DNA of 54,760 bases, from the NCBI GenBank assembly GCA_017634355.1, contig JAGBNO010000025.1:1-54760 (forward strand), written 5' to 3'. Numbering within the stretch: the first letter of the stretch is position 1; each line of letters begins with the position of its first letter. The notes under the pieces were generated by a model, which was given only the letters and a program-made list of their open reading frames with translations, was not told where the DNA came from and did no database searches. Positions 9,287 to 19,393 of this stretch are shown here, piece by piece. This DNA comes from Lachnospiraceae bacterium (GTDB taxonomy: Bacteria > Bacillota > Clostridia > Lachnospirales > Lachnospiraceae). The translations under genes were made by a program, and so were the position numbers.

Positions 9287-10096
9287 ATGCGAAAATATTA
9301 CAGAATATTTGCCTGCGTTCTGCTATTATCCGCCCTCACTCTGCTATCGGGCTGCGCGGCGGCGGCCTCCAGGGACTGGGTAGGGGAAAAACCGGTATAT
9401 ACCGGCAATACCATGGCCACCAAAGCCGGAGCAGAGGAAAAGGTAGGGGACATATATACGGAAGCCGCCGCTGAATATGTAAAGGAAGAGCCGGAGCCCC
9501 TTCCCACGGAAAATGAACCTGTGGAGCCAGAAACCGCATCTGTGGCGGAAGAACCTGTAGAAGAGCCGAAGCCTGAACCTGAGGAAGAGCCTGTAGAAGA
9601 TGACGGCAATAACCACGACGTGACCAAAGGGGAAACCATAGATGAAGAGTATACGGCCTTTGCCACAATAGGGGAAGGCTATAAGGTCAGTGTCACGGTA
9701 AGCGCAAGGGGGGACAGCATAGTCAATTCTGACCCTAGAGGAGCCGGAGCCATAGGGGAGTCCAGCGGCACCAACATCGATTCAGCCAGAAAAAAGTGGC
9801 TCACTTCCTATTATGACGGGGACAAGGAATCCGCAGAGGAAGACATGGCCGACTACGAGGGCATAGACGGGCCCAGTGACAGCCAGCTTAGCGAAGTCAT
9901 GAAGTATGCGGCAGACCTTGGAAAACTCTTTAACCAGTTCGGCATAACGGACTACGATTTAAAGAAGCCCTCGGACAGCTCAGAGGACGAGCTTTACTAT
10001 GACACCTACTCATCTACAGGCAACCAGTTTATATTGAATTTCATGTTTTCAGAGGGCAGCATCACAGACATAGACTTTGCCCTGGAAGAAATCTAA
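9287..10096 (+). CDS. Lipoprotein with acidic E/P-rich linker
   Basis: MRKYYRIFACVLLLSALTLLSGC lipobox; alternative start at 9206. Confidence 0.7.
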   Translation: MRKYYRIFACVLLLSALTLLSGCAAAASRDWVGEKPVYTGNTMATKAGAEEKVGDIYTEAAAEYVKEEPEPLPTENEPVEPETASVAEEPVEEPKPEPEEEPVEDDGNNHDVTKGETIDEEYTAFATIGEGYKVSVTVSARGDSIVNSDPRGAGAIGESSGTNIDSARKKWLTSYYDGDKESAEEDMADYEGIDGPSDSQLSEVMKYAADLGKLFNQFGITDYDLKKPSDSSEDELYYDTYSSTGNQFILNFMFSEGSITDIDFALEEI

Positions 10097-10115
10097 AAAA
10101 GAGAGGATCTAGGCC

Positions 10116-13100
10116 ATGGCTTTCGCCCATCTGCATACGCATACAGAGTATTCGCTCTTAGACGGCGCAAATAAGATAAAGGAATATGTCGCACGGGTAA
10201 AGGAACTGGGCATGACTGCGGCCGCCATAACAGACCACGGCGTCATGTACGGCGTGATCGACTTCTACAAGGCCTGTAAGGAAGCCGGAATAAAGCCCAT
10301 AATAGGCTGTGAGGTCTATGTAGCGCCCTCTTCCCGTTTCGACAGGGAACCCGGACGGGAAAAGGATGAGCGTTACTACCACCTCGTGCTTCTCTCGGAA
10401 AACCAAAAAGGCTACCAGAACCTTATGAAACTCGTCTCTCTGGGCTTCACTGAGGGCTATTACTATAAGCCCAGGGTGGATATGGAGATACTTAAGGATT
10501 ACCATGAAGGGCTTATAGCCCTCTCAGCCTGCCTGGCAGGAGAAATTCCAAGGGCCATAGTCCGGGGAGACCTCACGGAGGCCGAAAAGGCGGCTGAGAG
10601 GTACCTGTCTATTTTTGGCGAACAGAATTTCTTTTTGGAGCTGCAGGACCATGGCTATACAGACCAGAAAAAGGTAAACCAGGGCCTGATGGCGCTATCC
10701 AGGAAACTAAATATCCCCCTCGTCGCCACCAATGACATACACTATACCTGGAAAGAGGACGAGGAAGCCCACGACATACTCCTCTGCCTACAGACAGGGA
10801 AGACCTTAAGGGATGAAAACCGCATGCGCTATCCGGGAGGGCAGTTCTATGTGAAGTCCGAAGAAGAAATGTCCTCTCTTTTTCCATACGCCCCAGAGGC
10901 CATAGAAAATACGCAAAAAATTGCGGACCGCTGCAGTATTGAAATCGTTTTCCACGAGACGAAACTTCCCCACTACGACATCCCGTCAGGCTACAGGGAT
11001 TCTAAGGACTACCTCATAAGCCTCTGCGAAAAGGGTTTCTCCGAGCGCTATCCCAACGATGACGGAAGTCTGAAAATGCGTATGGACTATGAGCTTGAGG
11101 TCATAGAGAAAATGGGCTATATAGACTATTTCCTCATAGTCTGGGATTATATAAATTACGCAAAGAAAATGGACATCCCTGTGGGGCCGGGAAGGGGCAG
11201 TGCGGCAGGCAGCATAGTCTCATACGCCCTTAAGATCACTGATATAGATCCTGTGAAATACGACCTCCTCTTTGAGAGATTCCTTAATCCCGAAAGAGTT
11301 TCCATGCCCGATATAGATGTGGACTTCTGCTTCGAGAGGAGGCAGGATGTCATAGACTATGTGGTGGAAAAATACGGCAGGGATAAGTGCGTGCAGATAA
11401 TCACCTTCGGCACCCTGGCCGCAAAAGGAGTGCTGCGGGACGTATCGAGGGTCATGGACCTGCCATACGCTTTCGGGGACAAGCTTGCAAGGCTTATCCC
11501 AGGGGAACTCAATATCACGCTGGACAAGGCCCTAAAGGAAAATAACGATTTCCGTAAGCTCTACGAGGACGACGATACCGTACACAAGGTCGTGGACATG
11601 AGCAAGCGCCTAGAGGGCCTCCCCAGGCACTCTTCCATACATGCCGCAGGCATACTCATAACTCCCGAAGAGGCCGATAGCTACGTTCCCCTTTCCCGTG
11701 GCAGCAATAATGAAGTTACGACCCAGTTCACCATGACCACCCTGGAAGAGCTGGGGCTATTAAAAATGGACTTTCTGGGGCTTCGGACACTTACAGTCAT
11801 ACACAATGCGGTAAAATTCGTGAATGCCAGGCATCCCGAAAAGCAGCTGGATATTTCCAAGATAGACTATGACGACCCAAAGGTCCTCTCATTTATAGCA
11901 ACGGGCGAAACAGACGGCATATTCCAGCTGGAATCTGCCGGAATGCAGCGCTTCATGAAGGAACTGAAGCCCGAATCATTAGAGGATATAATAGCCGGCA
12001 TAGCCCTCTACCGCCCAGGCCCCATGGATTTTATACCTAAATACATAGCAGGGAAAAAGAACTCGGATAATGTCCAGTATGACTGCCCTGAACTGGAGCC
12101 TATACTGAAACCCACCTACGGCTGCATAGTTTATCAGGAACAGGTCATGCAGATAGTGCAGTCCCTCGGCGGATATACCTTAGGACGGGCTGACCTCGTG
12201 CGCAGGGCCATGAGTAAGAAAAAACAGAAGGTCATGGAAGAGGAAGAGGCAAACTTCGTCTATGGAAATGAGGCTCAGGGTGTGCCCGGCTGCCTGAAAA
12301 AGGGCATTTCCGAAAAGGTGGCAAGAAAAATATACGCTGACATGATGGACTTTGCGAAATATGCCTTCAATAAGTCTCATGCGGCCTGTTATGCCTTCGT
12401 AACCATGCAGACCGCCTTCTTGAAAACCTACTATCCCGTGGAATTCATGGCCGCGCTCCTGACAAGCGTAATGGACAATACCGGCAAGCTCTCCAGCTAC
12501 ATGCTTTCCTGCCGCTCCATGGGCTTAGAACTTCTCCCGCCCGACATAAATAAGGGGGAGGCCGGCTTCTCCCCGGCAGGCGACAGGGCAATACGCTACG
12601 GGCTATTAGCCATCCGTGCCGTAGGAGCGCCCGCTGTGAAAGCCCTTTTAAGGGAAAGAAAAGAAAATGGCAGTTTCAAGAGCCTGCAAAACTTCATAGA
12701 GAGGATGAGCGGAGGCGAGATGAGCCGCCGCATGCTGGAGTCCCTTATAAAGGCGGGCGCCCTCGATTCCCTGGGCGGCAGCCGCAAGCAGTACCTCATG
12801 GTCTATGCCTCTATGATGGATGCCGCGCAGGCTGACAGAAAGAATAATCTTGCGGGGCAGATGTCACTTTTCGACCTCATGGGCAATGCCGGAGAAGAGC
12901 TGCGGAAGGAAGAACTCCCCCCTGTGGGCGAATTCCCCAAAGAGGTCAAGCTTAATTATGAAAAGGAAGTACTGGGCATATATCTCACGGGACATCCCCT
13001 GGAAGAATATACAAAGTTCCTAAAGAAAAACACCAGCGCCAGTACTGCAGACTTTTCATGGAATACAGAGACTCAGTCCATAGGGCTAAAAGAGAATAAA

Positions 13101-13577
13101 AGGGTCACTATAGGAGGAGTCCTGCAGGACATAAGGACCAGGCAGACAAAGTCCGGGGACACCATGGCCATAATAGTCCTTGAAGACCTTGTGGGCTCTA
13201 TAGAATGTATACTCTGGCCAAGGCAATATACACTGTATTCTATGTATCTGGAAAAAGATGCTAAGCTCATGCTTTCAGGCAGGGTAAAGACAGAGGATGA
13301 AAAGGATGGCTCTCTCATAGTGGAAACGCTGCAGTCCTTTGACGAAATCCCTAGGAAGCTATATATACAGTTTAAGGACAGGAATGATTATAATGAGCAT
13401 CTGGAGGAACTTTCTGATTCCATTAAGAACTCCAGAGGCCGGGATAAAATCGTGATATTCCTAAAAAGCGAAAAAGCCCAGAAGATCCTGCCCGACTCCC
13501 AGAGCGTAAGGGCAGACGGGGAGCTGCTTGCACAGCTTAATAAGTTATATGGTGAGAAAAATGTACAGTTAGTCTAG
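10116..13577 (+). CDS. dnaE: DNA polymerase III alpha subunit
   Basis: PHP HLHTHTEYSLLDG, GRGSAAGS, RVSMPDIDVDF, FNKSH; 1153 aa. Confidence 0.98.
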   Translation: MAFAHLHTHTEYSLLDGANKIKEYVARVKELGMTAAAITDHGVMYGVIDFYKACKEAGIKPIIGCEVYVAPSSRFDREPGREKDERYYHLVLLSENQKGYQNLMKLVSLGFTEGYYYKPRVDMEILKDYHEGLIALSACLAGEIPRAIVRGDLTEAEKAAERYLSIFGEQNFFLELQDHGYTDQKKVNQGLMALSRKLNIPLVATNDIHYTWKEDEEAHDILLCLQTGKTLRDENRMRYPGGQFYVKSEEEMSSLFPYAPEAIENTQKIADRCSIEIVFHETKLPHYDIPSGYRDSKDYLISLCEKGFSERYPNDDGSLKMRMDYELEVIEKMGYIDYFLIVWDYINYAKKMDIPVGPGRGSAAGSIVSYALKITDIDPVKYDLLFERFLNPERVSMPDIDVDFCFERRQDVIDYVVEKYGRDKCVQIITFGTLAAKGVLRDVSRVMDLPYAFGDKLARLIPGELNITLDKALKENNDFRKLYEDDDTVHKVVDMSKRLEGLPRHSSIHAAGILITPEEADSYVPLSRGSNNEVTTQFTMTTLEELGLLKMDFLGLRTLTVIHNAVKFVNARHPEKQLDISKIDYDDPKVLSFIATGETDGIFQLESAGMQRFMKELKPESLEDIIAGIALYRPGPMDFIPKYIAGKKNSDNVQYDCPELEPILKPTYGCIVYQEQVMQIVQSLGGYTLGRADLVRRAMSKKKQKVMEEEEANFVYGNEAQGVPGCLKKGISEKVARKIYADMMDFAKYAFNKSHAACYAFVTMQTAFLKTYYPVEFMAALLTSVMDNTGKLSSYMLSCRSMGLELLPPDINKGEAGFSPAGDRAIRYGLLAIRAVGAPAVKALLRERKENGSFKSLQNFIERMSGGEMSRRMLESLIKAGALDSLGGSRKQYLMVYASMMDAAQADRKNNLAGQMSLFDLMGNAGEELRKEELPPVGEFPKEVKLNYEKEVLGIYLTGHPLEEYTKFLKKNTSASTADFSWNTETQSIGLKENKRVTIGGVLQDIRTRQTKSGDTMAIIVLEDLVGSIECILWPRQYTLYSMYLEKDAKLMLSGRVKTEDEKDGSLIVETLQSFDEIPRKLYIQFKDRNDYNEHLEELSDSIKNSRGRDKIVIFLKSEKAQKILPDSQSVRADGELLAQLNKLYGEKNVQLV

Positions 13578-13590
13578 AAAGGAGTGTCCT

Positions 13591-13779
13591 ATGCCAACAA
13601 ATGAAAAAGAGATCAATGTCAACCTAATGGAACGCCTGCACCCCCTGAAAAGAGTAAAGAGGATAGCACAGCAGGAGGGAGCAACCTTGCAAGATGTCAT
13701 AGCCGCCATAGAAAGGGAAGAAGCGGATATAAACGAGATGTTATACCAAAAACCAGCTTTAAGCAACAGCCAGCAATAA
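13591..13779 (+). CDS. Small hypothetical protein (62 aa)
   Basis: AAAGGAG RBS, immediately downstream of dnaE. Confidence 0.65.
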   Translation: MPTNEKEINVNLMERLHPLKRVKRIAQQEGATLQDVIAAIEREEADINEMLYQKPALSNSQQ

Positions 13780-13808
13780 AAGCTCCTCCACATCCTGGAA
13801 GAGCTGTC

Positions 13809-14285
13809 TCATAAATACCTGATATCATACGAGGCCTTCCCATTTTCAAGCTCCATCAGGATATAGGAAGGCCTCCTTCCGTTCTGCCTGGGATAAGAAA
13901 GGCTGCCCGGATTCACCAGAGTCACAGCCCCCCTCTCTTCGACCACCGGCTTATGCGTATGCCCGTACATGACTATCTGGGCTCCCCTGGAATATGCCTC
14001 CTCCCAGATCCTCTCAGGCCCCATGGATACATGGTAATAGTGGCCATGGGTAAGAAAAACATGTTTTCCCCCTATAGTGAACTCCTTTTCCCTGTCGAGA
14101 AACGAAAAGAAATCATTATTCCCCGACACCATATGGCAGGGAGTGCCGGACAGTGCCTCTATCTCGCTCTCCTGTCCCTCCACATCCCCGCAGTGCACCA
14201 AAAGGTCAATTGGCTCTACTATTTCCAATACCTTAAAGAAATTATCCAGTTTTCCATGAGTGTCACTTATTATCAGAATCTTCAT
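13809..14285 (-). CDS. YfcE/YsnB family metallophosphoesterase
   Basis: SDTHG, HCGD, GNND, THGH, GHTH, NPGS. Confidence 0.93.
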   Translation of the reverse strand: MKILIISDTHGKLDNFFKVLEIVEPIDLLVHCGDVEGQESEIEALSGTPCHMVSGNNDFFSFLDREKEFTIGGKHVFLTHGHYYHVSMGPERIWEEAYSRGAQIVMYGHTHKPVVEERGAVTLVNPGSLSYPRQNGRRPSYILMELENGKASYDIRYL

Positions 14286-14880
14286 AGTCCATGATCTCTT
14301 TTCCCATGAGGCGCAGGGCCTTGCCCCTATGGCTCTCCTGGTTCTTTACCTCAGGCGCAAGCTCAGCCGTTGTGACCCCGTATTTGGGCAATATAAAGAT
14401 AGGGTCATAGCCAAATCCATTGCTCCCTGCCTCTTTATAGCCTATCCTACCCTCCATCGTGGCCCTCACTACTTTATGAGTCCCATCGGGAAATACAGCC
14501 GCCACAGCGCAGACAAAGCGAGCAGTCCTCTTATCGTCCGGCACTCCCTCAAGCCGGCCTATTAAATTCATGTTCTTTTCATGGTAGGAGGTATTCTCGC
14601 CCATATATCTGGCAGAGTATATCCCCGGCTCCTTATTTAAATAATCTATTTCCAGCCCCGAATCGTCTGCAAGCACCAGCCCCCCTGACACAGCATGGAC
14701 GCTCTTTGCCTTTATGAGGGCATTTTCCTCAAAACTCTTGCCATTTTCAACTATTTCCACTTCTATGCCTGCCTCCTCCATCGTGAGCACAGGAATATCC
14801 ATAAATTTAAGAATCTCGCTTATCTCCCTGACCTTGCCCTTATTCTTGGTGGCAAAGATTATCTTTTCTATCTTTGGCAT
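14263..14880 (-). CDS. rdgB: Non-canonical purine NTP pyrophosphatase (XTP/dITP, HAM1 family)
   Basis: ATKNKGK, ADDSGL, PGIYSARY, GFGYDPIF, SHRGKA. Confidence 0.95.
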   Translation of the reverse strand: MPKIEKIIFATKNKGKVREISEILKFMDIPVLTMEEAGIEVEIVENGKSFEENALIKAKSVHAVSGGLVLADDSGLEIDYLNKEPGIYSARYMGENTSYHEKNMNLIGRLEGVPDDKRTARFVCAVAAVFPDGTHKVVRATMEGRIGYKEAGSNGFGYDPIFILPKYGVTTAELAPEVKNQESHRGKALRLMGKEIMDYEDSDNK

Positions 14881-14934
14881 TATCGACTCCTGATTGCGCA
14901 ATCTGTTAATTCATTTCCTATAAAAGCACGTTAT

Positions 14935-15981
14935 CTATTCAGCATATCTATTAGTGAATCCCTCTGCCTCCAGGGCTCTCTTTATGGCGGCCGCGGCGGT
15001 TTTTGAAAAATCTTTCTCCGCCATGGCTTCAGCCTCTTTTTTATTGGTTAAATGGCCTAGCCTTATATAATACAGCGGTACCGCAGTCTCCTGAAAAAGC
15101 TCCGGCAGCTCATTCAGCTTAACTCCCAGATTCTTAAACCCTGTGTTTTTAGCCAACTCATCTGCTATTCTTTCACCCAATGCGTTTTGCTCCTGCCTGC
15201 AGGAAAGAGATAGGCCGGTACTGGTCCTGGTCCTTTCATCGACAGCCGTGTGCAGGCTCACCATTATCCCTGCGCCCACCTCGTCAGCAAGGCCGCCCCT
15301 CATGGCATTATCGGCGCTGCTGTCATTTGGGTGTGTCACATATACTTTTACATCTTCCTGGCTGTAGGCCTTCTCCAGTTCTAAGGCTACTGCCGACACT
15401 ATATCCCTCTCCTCTATCCCATAGGCAAAGGAACCTGTATCATCTCCGCCGTGGCCAGGGTCTATCACCATTATCCTCTCATAGACCTCCCATGGCCTCC
15501 GCATCTGCAGAAAGAGGCGATGTCCTTCAAAATATGTCACAGGCACCATCACTCCGTTTGTATCCAGCTCTATCTGGGCCACACCGTTCTGATAGCCATA
15601 CCGTATATTGAGTATGTCTGTCATATCGCCGGAAAAGAGATTCTGCTGGAAAAAATAGCTGGGCACCTTAGGGATGGTTACAAGTATGCGCCTTTCATGG
15701 TAGTTTTCAACTATAAGGATCTCATCTTCCCCCACTTCATCAGGCAAGGGAATTGTCAGATATCCTATCCTGTCCTCAAGCCTCTCCCCCAGCGTAGCTT
15801 CCTCGGCAACAGAGGGATTCCATAGGCCGCCCTTCTGCATCCCCCTGCCCTTAAGCCTTAAATCCCCTCGAAAAAAAAAGATTCCCAGGCCCATGGCCAC
15901 TGAAAAAAGCAGTACCAGTATGGCCGAAGACAGGACAAGAATACTCTCTTTTCTATTTATTCCATCCTTTACAAATGCCAA
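14935..15981 (-). CDS. N-acetylmuramoyl-L-alanine amidase (Amidase_3)-like protein with N-terminal TM anchor
   Basis: IDPGHGG, E.D and SLH present; the catalytic Glu position appears substituted. Confidence 0.8.
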   Translation of the reverse strand: MAFVKDGINRKESILVLSSAILVLLFSVAMGLGIFFFRGDLRLKGRGMQKGGLWNPSVAEEATLGERLEDRIGYLTIPLPDEVGEDEILIVENYHERRILVTIPKVPSYFFQQNLFSGDMTDILNIRYGYQNGVAQIELDTNGVMVPVTYFEGHRLFLQMRRPWEVYERIMVIDPGHGGDDTGSFAYGIEERDIVSAVALELEKAYSQEDVKVYVTHPNDSSADNAMRGGLADEVGAGIMVSLHTAVDERTRTSTGLSLSCRQEQNALGERIADELAKNTGFKNLGVKLNELPELFQETAVPLYYIRLGHLTNKKEAEAMAEKDFSKTAAAAIKRALEAEGFTNRYAE

Positions 15982-16023
15982 TATGATAACCTATGTTATA
16001 GTAAACGACATTTGTAATTATTG

Positions 16024-16071
16024 TTTTCTGAGCCTTAAATGCCTTGCTTTTGGCATTTGAGGCTCGGAAAA
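16024..16071. other. Intergenic hairpin with about 20-bp stem
   Basis: TTTTCTGAGCCTTAAATGCC...GGCATTTGAGGCTCGGAAAA. Confidence 0.55.
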
Positions 16072-16117
16072 ATACAATTTTTTTGTCGTTTACTATACTT
16101 AACCTACAGTGCAGCTC

Positions 16118-17248
16118 TCATCGGCTCATGGAAAAGCTGTAAAAATAGGTTTTCAGCATACCATTATATATCTTCCTGTTTTTGTCAGGTTTCTTCCCCA
16201 GCAGGCCTATACCCTTTTCATAGGAGCTTATCACATATATCTCCCAGCCCTTTAAGCCCCTCATGGCGCTTCCCAGGCTGCGGTAAGCCTCATGCAGCTC
16301 CTCATTCTCCTCCATCCTCTCACCATAGGGAGGATTCGTGACGACTATCCCTTCCCTGTGGCCGCTCTTAAGGTCTTTAACATCCCTCTCCTGAAAATGC
16401 AGAAAGTCCAGCACCTCAGCTCTTTCGGCATTTTCACGGGATATACGCACCATGGCAGGATCTATGTCATAGCCCTGTATTTCCGACTTAGGGATAGGCG
16501 TACTAAGGGAACGGGCTTCGTCTAATGCCCTGTACCAGCTCTTTTTATCTACGATACCGGACCAATCCATGGCGGTAAAATCCCTCATGGCGCCCGGAGC
16601 CATATTGGCCGCCATAAGCGCGGCTTCTATGGCTATGGTGCCGCTTCCACAGAATGGGTCTATTAAAGGAATGGTCTTATTCCACTTAGTCAGCATGAGT
16701 AAGCCGGCAGCCAGATTCTCTGCTATGGGAGCCGTGCCCTGCTTCTTGCGGTATCCCCTCTTATGCAGGGATTCTCCTGTAGTATCCAGTGCCACCGTGA
16801 CCCTGTCCTTATAAAGAAAAACCCTCAGCGGATAATCATTCCCGCTCTCTTCAAAGTGGCTTATGCCATAGCGCAGCTTCAGCCTTTCCACCATGGCCTT
16901 TTTCATTATGCGCTGTATATCAGAGGGGCTGAAAAGCGCAGACTTCACGGAAGCCGCCTTTTTTACCCAAAAACGCCCGTCCTTCGGGATAAACTCCTCC
17001 CAAGGGAGCGCCTTTGTGCCTTCAAAAAGCTCGTCAAATGTCTTTGCCGTGAACTCCCCTACGCATATAAGCACCCTTTCGGCGGTGCGCAGAAATATAT
17101 TCGCTCTGGCGACAGCCTCCCTGTCTCCTTTGAAAAGCACCCTGCCGTCCTCGACCCTGGAGATTTCATAGCCCAGTTTCACTATTTCTTTTTTTAATAC
17201 AGATTCCAGTCCGAAGTGACACGGACAGATAAGGTCGTAGCTCTCCAT
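16118..17248 (-). CDS. THUMP-domain class I SAM-dependent RNA methyltransferase (RlmL/YpsC-like)
   Basis: LHKRGYR, DPFCGSGT, TNPPYGER. Confidence 0.93.
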   Translation of the reverse strand: MESYDLICPCHFGLESVLKKEIVKLGYEISRVEDGRVLFKGDREAVARANIFLRTAERVLICVGEFTAKTFDELFEGTKALPWEEFIPKDGRFWVKKAASVKSALFSPSDIQRIMKKAMVERLKLRYGISHFEESGNDYPLRVFLYKDRVTVALDTTGESLHKRGYRKKQGTAPIAENLAAGLLMLTKWNKTIPLIDPFCGSGTIAIEAALMAANMAPGAMRDFTAMDWSGIVDKKSWYRALDEARSLSTPIPKSEIQGYDIDPAMVRISRENAERAEVLDFLHFQERDVKDLKSGHREGIVVTNPPYGERMEENEELHEAYRSLGSAMRGLKGWEIYVISSYEKGIGLLGKKPDKNRKIYNGMLKTYFYSFSMSR

Positions 17249-17249
17249 A

Positions 17250-17834
17250 TCAGTCCAGCCGCATAGGGTAGTTTTCCCGTATAAGTGAGCAATAACCTAA
17301 AAGGAGCTCCTTCATTTCCTCAAAAGTGAAGACCGCCTTGAATTCCTCCATCTTTTCCACCCTGTGGTTCCTGTGGGGATTTTTCCTGTCCTTCGCAAAA
17401 ACCCTCTCCTGATTCCAGAACCCTATATCGGAGAAATGAGTAGTGTCATTGAAACGTATGGTCTTTTTCACTGTATCTACATTGGGCTGTGTGTAGATCA
17501 AGGCATGCCTGAAGCGCAGGAGGAGGTTCTTAGGGGTCACCTCCTCGTCTTTATTCATTACCCTGTAGTTCCCATCCACATATCCCCTGGCAAAGTAGCT
17601 GTCCTTTATCTTATCCTCAGCATCTTCTGCGGTATGCTTTTTCAATACCGCCGCCGCAGGCGAGGACTCAGGAAATGCCATATTGTCAGCAAAGAGATTA
17701 AGGTCTGTCGTTTTGATAAACATAGAAAGCCCTGAGAGGGCATTTATAAGGGGGGCAAAATCGTCAGAAGGCGCGCCGCCCAGTTCCTTTTCTGTTTGCT
17801 TTGTAAAAATTGCTATTAAATCCGCTTCTTTCAT
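17250..17834 (-). CDS. Hypothetical protein resembling the HEPN pEK499-p136 family
   Basis: RBS AGAGAGGT; LINALSGL, RFRHALIY, IRFND and F.A.F..EE pattern. Confidence 0.55.
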   Translation of the reverse strand: MKEADLIAIFTKQTEKELGGAPSDDFAPLINALSGLSMFIKTTDLNLFADNMAFPESSPAAAVLKKHTAEDAEDKIKDSYFARGYVDGNYRVMNKDEEVTPKNLLLRFRHALIYTQPNVDTVKKTIRFNDTTHFSDIGFWNQERVFAKDRKNPHRNHRVEKMEEFKAVFTFEEMKELLLGYCSLIRENYPMRLD

Positions 17835-18083
17835 ATTTACCTCTCTATGCCGCATTTTTGCGGCATACAAGGAGCAAGATGCCAGTGCCAAAAATTTAAT
17901 TCGCAAAGGCACTTTTACAACAGCTCCTAAAGCACAATAACTTCATAAATAATGCTATGGTGTCAGGGGCAAAAACAATAACTTCAAAACCCAGTACCCC
18001 AACATCATGTTATATGCGTTCGAGAGTATAGCTTAAATGGCGTGATTTGTCCAGAACAGAGGGTAAAAATTGCCCTAGCAGCT

Positions 18084-19298
18084 TCACTTTATCCCGCTCC
18101 TCTCCAGCTTTTCAGTAAACCTTAGCTCCCTTACCTTGCTTAGCCTCTCCCCGTCAAAGCTGTATAGAGGCTCAAAAGTGATCTCGCCTCCCTCATAACC
18201 CGTGATCTCCACTATTTCCAGCACCTTCCTGCTCTTGTCCCTAAGCCTTCCCAGATGGACGATAATATCTACTGCGGAGGCTATCTGCCTGCGTATGGCC
18301 GCAAGCGGCAGCTCCATCCCAGCCATGAGGACCATAGTTTCTAATCGGGACAGCATGTCCTTGGCGGAATTGGCATGGCCCGTAGAAAGTGAGCCGTCAT
18401 GCCCTGTATTGGCCGCCTGCAAAAAATCCAGTGCGGCGCCGTCCCTCACCTCTCCCACTATTATGCGGTCCGGCCTCATCCTCAGTGAAGATTTTATGAG
18501 ATCCCTTATGGTAATGGGATTACAGCCCTCCACATTGGCATTCCTGGTCTCCAGGCTTACGAGGTTCGGTATGCCCTGTATCTGTAATTCGGCGGAATCT
18601 TCTATGGTAATGACCCTCGTTTCAGTGGGGATAAAGTGGGAAAGGGCATTTAAAAAGGTAGTTTTCCCGCTGCCAGTGCCTCCGGAAATAAAAATATTGT
18701 ATCCGGCCACCACCAGCTTCCTTAGAAAGTCCACAGCTTCGGTGCTAATTGCCCCAAAGCGTATGAGGTCTTCCATCTTTATGGGCTTGTCCGGAAAGCG
18801 GCGTATCGTAATGATGGGACCATTCAGTGCGACAGGATTCATGACTATATTTACCCTGGCCCCGTTTTCCAGCCTTGCATCCACTATAGGGGAAGCCTCG
18901 TTGACCACCCTGTTCGAAGCTGCGGCTATCTGCTGTATCACGTCATTTAAGGCTTCCCTGCTCTCAAAATTCCTATCCCACTCAAATAGCCGCCCCTCCC
19001 TCTCCACGAAAATATGCTCCATGCCATTCACCATTATCTCCGTGACGGTCGGGTCATCAATTAAGGGCTGTATTACCCCTTTTTTTCTGATGGAATCGAA
19101 TAACTCTGTTTCGAGCCTTAGTTTTTCGGCAAGGGAAATGTACATATCCTGTCCCTTTGCCATAATCGCAGAATTTATTATATCCTCAATTTCCTCGTCT
19201 GCCACCTCCCTGGATAAATCTATCTTTGACAATATGGCATCATGCAGCTCTTCCCTTATCCCCTGCAGATTCTTATTCTTCACATTAGCTTTAAGCAT
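18084..19298 (-). CDS. cpaF: CpaF/TadA family pilus assembly ATPase
   Basis: GGTGSGKTT, TIED, LRMRPDRIIVGEVR, NTGHDG, HAN; RBS GGGGAGG before 19298. Confidence 0.93.
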   Translation of the reverse strand: MLKANVKNKNLQGIREELHDAILSKIDLSREVADEEIEDIINSAIMAKGQDMYISLAEKLRLETELFDSIRKKGVIQPLIDDPTVTEIMVNGMEHIFVEREGRLFEWDRNFESREALNDVIQQIAAASNRVVNEASPIVDARLENGARVNIVMNPVALNGPIITIRRFPDKPIKMEDLIRFGAISTEAVDFLRKLVVAGYNIFISGGTGSGKTTFLNALSHFIPTETRVITIEDSAELQIQGIPNLVSLETRNANVEGCNPITIRDLIKSSLRMRPDRIIVGEVRDGAALDFLQAANTGHDGSLSTGHANSAKDMLSRLETMVLMAGMELPLAAIRRQIASAVDIIVHLGRLRDKSRKVLEIVEITGYEGGEITFEPLYSFDGERLSKVRELRFTEKLERSGIK

Positions 19299-19393
19299 AT
19301 TATCCTCCCCTAAAACAGTTAGAAGCTTATTCATATTTAACATAAATGGGAAAATAGCCGATATGGCAGTGATAGAAATGACAGCCTGTACTC

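Noticed and set aside
17869-17990. Degenerate IR (AGGAGC/AGTGCC...GGCACT/GCTCCT) and AATAACTTCA motifs as further IS ends
   Set aside because: Too short and degenerate to support without a search
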